From Antedon mediterranea (taxonomy: Eukaryota; Animalia; Echinodermata), in NCBI RefSeq assembly GCF_964355755.1, contig NC_092679.1, positions 14,863,432-14,927,431 of the forward strand: a DNA stretch of 64,000 nt, read 5' to 3'. The notes beneath the pieces are model-generated. The model saw only the letters and a program-made list of their open reading frames with translations. It had not been told where the DNA came from and made no database searches. This document shows positions 43,001 to 55,000 of the stretch, one piece after another. Positions within the stretch are counted from its first letter, which is position 1. Each line of letters opens with the position of its first letter. A program made the translations under genes and the position numbers.

Positions 43001-46000
43001 GCTGTTTGGCTCTTTCCAATCCATTCCATCACTTCACCGCGCATCCTTAGTTCTTCTGATGCTGCAGCAGTCTAAACAATAAATGATGCAATTTACAATG
43101 CTTGCTTAAACCATGGACCTAGGTTCATGCTAGACTAGAGAAGAGCAAAGTTACACTCTTCCCTGCTTAGATAGGAGCACAATAACTACCAGAAATACAA
43201 ACGATTACAAACTGACCAAAAGCACAAATACAGGAAATAAAATAAACAAAAACTAAACAATTAAATATGTAAGAAAGGGTTGTTTATTCTGAATTCAAAT
43301 CATGAATAAATTATTTCATATCAATAAATAAATAATAATAAGGTATTTGTTTATTAGTTACAACATATTTATTTATGCAACACATAATATTCTTTTTTGA
43401 ATTTTAATATCTCGTAAAGTAATAGTCAACAATGAGCCTATTAGTTGTATTCATTTAATTTATTTGGTTCCAATAAATATCAATTATATAATATAATTAT
43501 ATTTGAGTCAAAGTAAAGAGTTCAAATCTAGTTTTATTTCAGCTTAATGACAGACTAACCCAAACTTCAGAGGATTTTGTTGAAATTCAAATAGAATATA
43601 GATAGATTAAATCAAAATATATATTTATGCAACACATAATATTCTTTTTTGAATTTTAATATCTCGTAAAGTAATAGTCAACAATGAGCCTATTAGTTGT
43701 ATTCATTTAATTTATTTGGTTCCAATAAATATCAATTATATAATATAATTATATTTGAGTCAAAGTAAAGAGTTCAAATCTAGTTTTATTTCAGCTTAAT
43801 GACAGACTAACCCAAACTTCAGAGGATTTTGTTGAAATTCAAATAGAATATAGATAGATTAAATCAAAATATATTAATTAATATATATTAAATAACTAAT
43901 TTATCAAATCATCTTACTTGTGGTGTTTCTTTTCCAACTTCTGGGAACGATTGAAAGAACTGTGAAACATACGTCATGATAGACTTCTCATCAGGTTTAT
44001 TTGTGTCAACATCTGAAAGTAAAACGATAAAAAAGTATTAATTAGCAGACTTTTAGACTTAATCCGGTATATTAATGTTAATTTTGAAATGATGATGATT
44101 TAATTATATTTACGTCCCTGAGATTTGCGAGGTGATGTGAATAGTATAATATCATCATCCAATCATTTAAATTTTAAATCAAATTTTTATAAAAATATTT
44201 CAAGATAAATCCTCACTATATTAACATTTTGCCAACAGTTTTATTGATAATGATTGGTTTTGGGGATTGATTTTATAAATTCTCTTTTTAAACTATTTTA
44301 TACATGCTTAGGTTAATTACAAAATCCTTTTTGTATTTTCATTCCTTTTATTGTAAATGTACATATATTTTTGACTGTTATTTTACTGTTTTTAGCAAGT
44401 TTTAAAGAATTTGTATGCATGATTTTAACCTTTTATTTTCTATAAACAGGACCATATGTAAAACAGGTGCTACATCTATTCCTGATGTTTTTATCCTGTA
44501 TAAATATGTTTTAAATAAATTAATTATAAATAGAGAATTTGTAAAATGAATGGTAAATGTGAATGGTGAATGCGATCACTGATATTTCTAGAGACGACAC
44601 AAATTATGATCTTACCATAAGGATCGAGTAACTTTGCAATACCAAGCTCTCTTTCTGCAACATCAAATGCATTTGATAGATTTTCAATATTACTTCTTGA
44701 ACTTAGACTATGCAAGTCCACCAGACCTTCCCTGATATTGTGTAGAAGGGTGGTGAATGCTCGTCCATCACGCCAACTTGGACCAAAATCTTTAATCGCT
44801 ATATCTACCCCATGCTTCCCTCTGTACGATACAAAAATATAATGTATGTTTTAGGTCATTGTGACTAACAGTAGAGAGTGTCAGATCATGTAATGCTATA
44901 ATAAAATTGTCTTTATTACCATGGATCTTACTTTCCCTAAATAATTATTATTAAATAATGATGATTTAGATGAAAAAATAAATTAGGTCCACACAATATA
45001 AATTACAAAGGCTATTGACCCCTATTAAACCGAGTCATCATTTTGTGAACACAATATTCCTGCAGTTGTTTTTCCAATGAAGTCAATCAGGATGTGGTAC
45101 CATTAATTAGTCATCACTTCTGTTGCTTGTAATATAAATAATTAGTAGCTTACTATCCACATCAGTCTTCAACAAGAAAGTACTTTAACTGTTTCCAATC
45201 AACTTACAGAATACTGATTCTTCTTGAGACTAGATCAGACCATCTCATTTTGGTAAAAAAGCTACTATAGCAGTATTCTACACATATTATTAGGGCTCAT
45301 TATTCACACTTCAGTTATTTACAATGGGTAATTTGGCGACCTACTAACTGTGCTCATGAAACCAACTTTAAGGGTCTTTCATACCTGTTCCCGCACGGTT
45401 CCGAAACATTGATGTTCAATTCGCCGGACTGGAACTGTGCTGAACAGGTGTGAAAGACCTAGGTAAACAATGACCCCAATGGAAATAACCTACTATTAAG
45501 ATTGTTGAACTATTCTGGAAAATCTTCTAATACTATATGTATTTCTCAGTAATTTCAATAGTTAATGTTATCACTTTGTATGTAGTTTTTATAATAATTT
45601 TCTAAATAAATTCAAATTAAATCAAATAACGTCAGCCTGAAAAGGTCCATTGATATTGTATTAATTAACATGCATACTGTTACATAATAATTAATACTAG
45701 ACCAAAGCGTAACTAACTTGGCTTTTGATGCTTTCTTAGCCCACTCTAGAAGAGCTTTCTTAGCAGTAAGCCTGCTCTTTCCTGGTGTTTGTTTCTTAGC
45801 TGGGGGAGGTCCATTTCCAGCACCCTTTAGGGATGCTTCGTCTGTACTTGTATCTTCCAGTTGCATAGCTTGAAGAGCATTTTGTTCAATCTGTGTACAA
45901 GACAATATAAAAGAAACAAATTAATTTATAATGATCAATTTTTTTACATAAGGGAACTTTCAAATTGCGATAACCTATGACCTACAGTATTTACGTCATG

Positions 46001-49000
46001 TTAATTCATTGTGCTTGTGGGGATGTACTTCTTTAATATTTCTTTACAAAGTTTTGCCGAATTCTAGATAACAACATGACAAAATATTTCATAAGCATCT
46101 AACAGCGGATATATTATTATTTAATGATGATAATAATGATTAAGATGGTAAAATAAATATGTGTGACTACACAATATGAATCACAAAAGGTGATATAAAA
46201 CTTTGGAGCTGATAATTGTAATAAAAAGTAAATGTGGAAGCTTTTAAAGTTATTCTGGATTGTGTGTATAAGAATAAGCTGTTCTTATGAGCTTCACTTT
46301 GACTGTCTTTTCCGCAAGGCAACTTTATTTTAGTTAAAGATGAAAAATATATTTTCTTTTTTTTTTAATTAAAAAAAACACAAAGTTAAAAGCAAACTAA
46401 CAACATAAAAGATGTGTTATTTGACTGCAACTTAAAAAACCATAAAAAGCATTAAAAGATAGATTGAGATTAAAGAATCACTTTCTATTTTTAAGAAAGA
46501 AAAAGATTAAAAATTTAAATAAATCTTTAGCACATTATCTTCAAATAATTTCCCTAGTTTTTAGTCACTCTATTTATTATGAAACAGAAATATTATATAA
46601 TATAATATCTTAAGACAATATCTGGATGGTCAATTTTGTGTATATGTATGTTAGTCTATCCTTAATAATCAAAGTTCCACAATAACAACAGTCTGTGACT
46701 CGAACCTACACTTAAAGCAGTAGATGTGACTTAACCACTCAATCATAAAATATTTCATGATTATTACTATACTTGTTATGAATCAATATACAAATAACCA
46801 AGAAGCATATAAATATAAAACAATAAATGCAAAAGTAATCAAGCAGACTATACCAGAAATCATACAATTAAGGCATAGGATATTGTCTGATGCAAATGAT
46901 GGAATTTAGTCCAGCCAATTACTGATGTGCTCTGTGTTACATGTCTCAAGTATTACATACATATATTATATGTAAATGTTGATAGGATTTGGTTCGACTC
47001 TGTAACATACTGATTGTATCCTTAGACAAGATGCTTTACTCTCATTTCCTCGTTCTCCAGATGGGACGTATAGCCGTTGGTCCCGTGTACATAGTGCAAG
47101 TTAAAGAACTTTGTATACTATTAAACTACAATAAAACTTAAACTTTAAACTACCTGTACTATACTAAAATAGTAGTAGTACAGAAAAAAGTAGAGTGGAT
47201 CTTCTCCTGGTGTGCTGATCTGGTAGGCACTGCACTGCTGGCTTAATCCAAATGTTCTCATTTTCCAATTTAGCTTGTGGACGATGCATTTACCTTAATG
47301 CTTTACAGCAAAATAGTTAAGGCACTGAACATTATTGGTGCAGCTTGTTGTGAATTTAGGTCCACATTTGGAAGCAAATGGCGGATCGAATTCACATCAG
47401 TTGCATCAATATTATCTTACATACAGAGGTTTCACAGAAACTGAAATACAGTTTAGAACCTCTATTAAAGAGACACCTTCTAGAGCCAATAAAGTGTCCC
47501 CTTAATAGGGGTATACCAAAGGGATTGGTTGTCCATGCATAGATACATTATATGCAAAGGTACCATTCAGTATAACATATGCTACAATACCATAAACCTA
47601 CCGTTCTACGAGGTATCTTCCATTTGGAATACAGTAATCAAAATAAATCATAATTATAAAAAGAAATAAAAGAGCTGTCTCTTTGACTAACATTATTTTA
47701 CCACATCATGCAAAAGAATAGCGACATCAAATAAAAAAATATGCAACTAAAAAATAGAATATTTTGTACCTGTTATGCAAGATTTAAAGAAAGATTTGAA
47801 ATCATGCGCACTTTTACAGTTTGTATCATCAGAAAATGAATTAATTGTGAAGAATGCTTCAGAAAAACATTAAAAAAAATAGAATTACAATAATTATATT
47901 TTTATGTATAAGTTTATCAATATGTTTTATATCAATATCATAGGCGAATTATGAAATGAAAATGTTTGGTATAATATAAAAACGTCTATAATCTTTTAAG
48001 CTCTGTCTACACTATCAAACTATATTGATATAAAAAAAGTGTGATGTGCCCAATATATATTTTTATGTATAAGTTTATCAATATGTTTTATATCAATATC
48101 ATAGGCGAATTATGAAATGAAAGTGTTTGGTATAATATAAAAACGTCTATATAATCTTTTAAGCTCTGTCTACACTATCATCAAACTATATTGATATAAA
48201 AAAAAATGTGATGTGGCCAAAAATATGGTAGTAATATGACATCATCATGTTCATATATGGGCACATTTTTTGTCACATAAAGTTTGATAGTGTAGACAGA
48301 GCTTTAGACATATACAGTATTTTGAATCTAATTTTATCAAGTTTTGAAGCATTCTTACAATAAATACATAAAGAAAAAGGTCTTAATTTTGGGTGAACCA
48401 GAGACTTACTTGTGCAGGGTCATAAAACTGGAAGTAAAAACACATAAAAAAAAGTGATAACAATTACTTATTAATATTTAAAAAACTTATTCTGTGCTAT
48501 AAAAGTAGACAATTGCATCAAAATAATGACACATAGATTTGAATTTACAGTCAACTGTCCCACATAAGACTTCCAGGTTTTTCACAAATTTTCTAAAGCA
48601 TTGGTTTTCAGTGGTATTAAATGCTGAAATTGGAGGTGGACGGTGAAGACAAATTTAGAGAGTTTGCAGTGTGTCAGGTTTTAGGAAGGTTGACTGTAAA
48701 GGGCCTCTCACATCTGCTCCAGTTCACGTCTCAATTGTTTTGTTTTATTTCTCATTCGAGTAAAAAGAATGTTCATGGATTTCCGAGCATTTACAAGATG
48801 ATTTTTTTACTCGGTGGCCACATGGTGCCAGACTGAAGCTGGTGTGAAAGACCTATAGAATAGGCATTTATCCAGTGCTCAAAGTGACATATTTAAAATG
48901 GAGGTGCTTAAGGTGGTGAATAAAATCATTCCCCTCCAATTCTAACACTTCTGCCCCCCCCCCCCCGGCCCCCCATGATGACAGAAAGTCCTAAAAATTG

Positions 49001-52000
49001 CAGTAACCTCTTGAATTAAATATGACGAAGCTAAGTAAGTGAATGATGTTAAATGTAGGGTATGTCAAATTAAATTAGTTATAAATAGTGTTATAGTTAT
49101 AATGAGTATGAATTAATTCAGTCAAACCCCTATTAAGTGTCTGCTCAGACTAAGGGTTGGCCATAGTGTTAAAACATATATCGACCCTCTTTTGGTTTAA
49201 GGGAAAGTTCCCTATAATTGGGTGTCCCTGAATAGGGGTGTCACAAAGGATAGACGGGTGCTCTACTGTTGTCAATGGTCAATACCCAAATAGGATATCA
49301 CGGTGGGTAGTCTGATGATATGTTCCAAGAACAGATATTTAGCTGTCAATTTGACTCACATCTCATCATCACACTGTGCTATCTGAGCCGGCCTAAATTA
49401 GCTATTTATTGAAATTCCTTCCTATTATGCACTACACAAAGACAGGTTTATGTTTTAATGAACAGGTAAATACATTAATTAGATACGCAGAACAGAATGA
49501 TTGAATTACCTGATTAACAATAATGGTCCAAATAAGACCTAGCACAATGTGTGTCTTGCCATCAGCAATGTCACTTGCATTTATGTTTACCAACTTGATC
49601 TGAAATAAACAACATGGATTGTTAGTCATGATACAAATTAAACAGTTTAGATTACAATGTGACAATCTAAGATTATCTTGGGATATATCTATGTAACAAT
49701 GATGTTGTTTGTAGGCTCATGGACATATAGGTTCATGGTAGGCCTACATGTGAATTGGGTTGTAAGGACAACGTGTCTTACTTTCATAAACTCATCCTTT
49801 GGATAGAATCTAAAGCCATCGGTCAGGCATACACATGCTCATTCAAAATGAGTATGCTTGTCTCCCTCTGCGCTCATTAGGCACAGACTGGGCCTAATCC
49901 AAACTTGATTTAAATTAAACTGAGGACCATTAAATATATATTTCAATAATCTGTGAATTTATGAATGCATAAACCTATCTGGATAAATCAAATACCTACG
50001 ACCTACACCTCATAAATAGGACACCTCTATATAAATGGTACAATCCATTGACTTTATTACAGCATGGGTGCATCATCAAAGAGTACACATGCTTTTAAGT
50101 TAGCATCATGATAACTTTCTGTGTTTTTCTGAAATTGTTTAAACATGGGCCTTGAGGCTTAATGTTTACCCGGGTAAGTTGGTGTTGTAGGCACAGTTAT
50201 TGATACCTTTCGTGGGTAGAAATCAGCATACTTGGGTAAATACCTGAACTGGCTCCACAGTATGAAAATAAAACATAATTATTTACCTTTTTCTTTTCAA
50301 GGAACCTAAGAGCTGTGTTGATGTTTGTGATAAAATGAACTCGCTTTCTTCCTTGTTCCACTGGCTAAAATTACAAACAAATCACTAACAATGTTAACAT
50401 TATATCACATACCTGACAACATGTGAAATACAGTAACATTAAATGAACATTATACCCGTGGGTTTGAATTATTTAAACATGAGTGAAACTTGGTACGAAG
50501 AAAAATAATGAATTGTATGAGTTACGAAATAGATCCCTAAATACCACAAATAGTAAACACATAAATAAATTATGTAGATAGTATGTTTGACACCACAGAT
50601 TTAATTTATATTCTATCTATATATAAAGTCAGCTGGTAGATGCTTTCAATCATGAATTGGTGTAATACGCATGTGGTGTTTTAGTGCCACTTACTGTAGT
50701 GCCTGGCTTAGGGATCCCAAGTGGATCTACAACTATAAAGGCCTTGGGCGTTTTTAGCCTTTTTCGACATAAATGATTGTAATGCCCTTTTCACCTCCGA
50801 GCTTTGGTCAGGGCCCTCATAAACTCATGAGTTTTAGCCAGTCAGCGTTCCATAGCCATTACAACATAGACTACGTAGTAATCGAGTAAAAAGTCTACAC
50901 GCTCAGAAAAAACATGAATAAGCAGAATTTCTATTAGACTTCATAGATGCATAGTTGTAGGTTGCATCATGAAAATTAAGCCTTATTATATAGCTAATAT
51001 ACTTACTAGTCGTTCACCAGAAAGAACTGTAAGCAATGCCAGAAGGATCGTGCCATCTTTGATATCTTCAAATAAATCCTTCACTTCTTTTGGTGGTCTA
51101 TGCTGTAAAACAAGAGAATGCAAACAAAAATGTTTATTATGTATACATATTCATTATAATTGTAAGGTCAACTTTTTCAATAAAAAAAGTATTGATAATA
51201 TAAAATCAATATACACATTTTTTGAAATATTGAAAGGACCATCAACAATAAGTAAGCTTGTACGAGATTGATGTCTAAACAATTCAACGCTAATCGCATT
51301 GCTTGTATTGTTTAGGCAAGGCACTTTACCTACGTACCCACAAATGGCTACCTGCTCAAGACACAACTTTTGCGCTGAATACTAGCTGCATTATGGGAGT
51401 ATGTTTTTATATACAGTATGTTTGATAAAAAAATGGCCGAGGTAATAATATGTAGAGCGCTTAGAGGTTTCACAACATTAGGCCCTTTATAAACCCAGGA
51501 TATTATTATTATTCATTAATAATAATGTTTCTCTGTTGGCTGTGCATTAAGTTGAATAAGATAAAAATAACATTTACCTTTGACAGATAGGAATTTATCC
51601 AATTTGTGAAAGTTTTCTTCTGTACTCTTTCCTGTTCATCTGAAAAAAAAACACAAACAAAAATTAAATAAATTATTCTAATGCTTATTGTCAAATCCTC
51701 TCAAATGCCAAGATTATTTTTTCTCTCAAGACAACAATAACTATACTTGACAAATAATATAGACCATTTGTTTGTTTTATCTGGTAAATATACATAAAGA
51801 AATGATAACATAGACTTCATTTGGAATATAATGCATTTTTATAAATTTAGTGGGGAAAAATACAGTATATTTTATATGGTATATTTTACATGGTATATTT
51901 TACATGGTATATTTTATATGGTATATTTTACATGGTATATTTTACATGGTATATTTTACATGGTATATTTTATATGGTATATTTTATATGGTATATTTTA

Positions 52001-55000
52001 CATGGTATATTTTACACGGTATATTTTACACGGTATATTTTACACGGTATATTTTACACGGTATATTTTACACGGTATATTTTACACGGTATATTTTACA
52101 CGGTATATTTTACACGGTATATTTTACATGGTATATTTTACATGGTATATTTTACATGGTATATTTTACATGGTATATTTTACATGGTATATTTTACATG
52201 GTATATTTTACATGGTATATTATATATGGTATATTTTACATGGTATATTTTAAATGGTATATTTTACATGGTACATTTTACATGGTATATTTTATATGGT
52301 ATATTTTACATGGTATATTTTACATGGTATATTTTATATGGTATATTTTTGCTAGCACTATTTCTGCTTCCAAAAATATACCATTTATACGGTATTTAAA
52401 AAATACCGTATTATATGTGGACGCAGAAAAATTAATTTGTTTAAGAACACGACACCACCACCACAAAGTACTATAATAATATATAATTCAATATTTTGTT
52501 AAATTACTGTACAAAAAATACAAATACATGATACAATTGCATTAAAAATATTATTAATATATATTATAAGTAATGAATTTGTAATTGTTTTTCCAACACA
52601 TACCTCCATGGTTAGGCTAACTGATTTCTCCATGGTTTTAGTGATCAAACACACAACTGACCTTGTTAAATGTTAATCAATTTAACAGTAAATTACACCC
52701 AACACCTACATTACATTACTGTAATTATTAATAATTGGTTTAATTTTAGCTTAATTATGAAGCAGTTTTGTTTTCTTGCATGTTTCACTTTAGTTTGATT
52801 TTATGACAAGATACGAACTAAGGGGTTTCACGACCTGTATACAAGAGTTCCGTGCCCCATTGAGACAGCTTTTTACTTGTCTGACTTTGAGCCAATACGG
52901 TCTGTTATATTAGTCTATGAATGTAGCAACACATAGCCTAAAGGTCAAGTGTAAATATCAAATGTCAACATAGGGTATGTTTTTGCTAATACGGTAACTC
53001 AAAGCATGGAGAAGCCTAACATGTTTCTTCATGCTCAAAATAACCAGTTTACCTTGTTGAATATTATTTAATTTCTGCTACATTTTTGCTCCCAATTAAA
53101 TTAGTATATTAAGTATGTAGTCACAGCCATGAAGCTACTAATAAGGAGTGAACCAATGACTTTTAATTCCAAGGTCAACCAAATACTATTGTTTTACACT
53201 GCAGTTACAAATTGCACAATGATAAAGAGCATTGAGTGAGCGAGTGTGTACTAGTCCACACACAGCTACTGTAATGACGACTAAACTGGTACCCACATCA
53301 ACTTCTTTATTAATAGCATGGTGCAGTGGAGGGTGGTTGGACACCTACAAGGGAGTCGGTTCAGGAGAACAAACGACGACCATGGGACAACTAAAAGAGC
53401 ACTAAAAGCAAATCAATGTTTTTAAGAACGCAATATTGAAAATGCCATTTGAAATGATTAATTGAAATGTCTTATTTCTGCTGACGGAAAAAAAGAAAGG
53501 TAATTTTAATACTCACACAATCTAACCCAAAAATACCTTTTTTTGGGACACGCCATTACAAAATAAAGGGATACTTCAAATAATAGATGCCATCCATATT
53601 AAAAGGAAATAATTTGTTGGCATCCGAATGTATGTATGTATGATTACGTTAAATTTTGTTTTGAATATACACACAATTTTTTATGTCAAATCAACAAATT
53701 CTGCAAAATGCATTTTCTGCATGAGAAATATTGTATTGTGATCATTATAAAAATCATCAAAGCAATAATCTACTATTTGAACGATGAAGAATTTTAATAT
53801 TTTAAAATTTCAACTCATTAAATTATTACTAAAACTGTATATAAAAATTACATTAGCATTTTGATACAAGCTAAAAACAGCACTACATATTATGACAAGA
53901 TTATTTGGATAAGTGCCAATGTTATACATTATCAAAGGTCACATTATATCAAATAATGTGAAGCACATTTGAAATATGTTGGCAATATGATTATGGTTAC
54001 ATTCAATCTATGATCACATGCTTGTTTTATATAACATACAGATTTCCCTCCATTTAAAGACCGCTTTATTGCCATCTGTGTACAATCACCTATCTGTTAC
54101 AGTACCATTTAGCTGCTCACTTCAATTAAAGACTCCATCTAATATTAGACCCAGCTGAACATTTTTTGTTCAAATTGTCCCTCCAATTAAAGACCACTTT
54201 AAAATAAACTTTTAAAATGTATGCATTTTTAGGGGAGAGCCATTGAATATTAGACTTTAAATACACAAATGGACAGACAAACCAACCTGATTACATTTAC
54301 CCTGCCTCTCCCTCTTCAGAGAGCAAGATTCTGACAATTTTAAAATTATAATACTGTAAGTTGATTTAAATACCACTTATAATAGTGCCCGCTTTTAGTT
54401 GATTCTAATTATAGAAAAAAAGATACTAAAGATCATTTAAGCCTGGGTCCCAAACGTGCTCTGGTCTTTATTTGGAGGGAGACCTGTTAGATATAATTAA
54501 GACATCATCTGCTTGCTTTATAACTTATTTATTCAAAGTTGAAATGGGCCAAGGTTTATAAAACAAATTACCACTGAAATGAAACTTGAATTGATTTACT
54601 GTAAATGTGTTGTCCTTCCGACAATAGCTAATCATAATTATTATTAATAATGTGTGGGTGTTTTACATGTGCAGTATATATTATTTTTACCTTGTCTGTA
54701 TTGCCTGCAATGTGAATTTCATGATGCTTGTTCGTATTATATAGAGTTCATAGCAAAATGACTTCATTGGACAGTGATACGTAGATTGAATTTCAATTTT
54801 TAATATAATCTCAACTTGCTAACTAGTAGAGCCTGCAGTGTTTTTATTAACCGGAACTATACTTTTTATAATAACAAATTTGTAAAAATAATAATACCGA
54901 ATAAAACCAGTTTATCTTTAAAAATATAAAAAACTGGCAAAGAGCAAATTCTAAATCGTCCAGTGATTGGAAAATTAAGTTTAGAATTGATAAAGATGAG

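Noticed and set aside
9797-51639. Dystrophin/utrophin, spectrin, alpha-actinin or MACF1/plectin identity
   Set aside because: The PPxxK..K CH linker, the WNVKYG and LSVEIRSVETMLEEV segments, the lack of a plakin/SH3 domain and the very long rod fit nesprin-1 better. The KASH domain is outside the window, so orthology is inferred rather than proven.
51831-52476. Three overlapping hydrophobic ORFs (140-208 aa)
   Set aside because: Translation artefacts of the stop-poor 14-bp minisatellite.
53052-53083. Phase-1 donor (CAACAAG|gtaaac) as a first coding exon
   Set aside because: An in-frame TAG lies a few codons upstream with no ATG in between.
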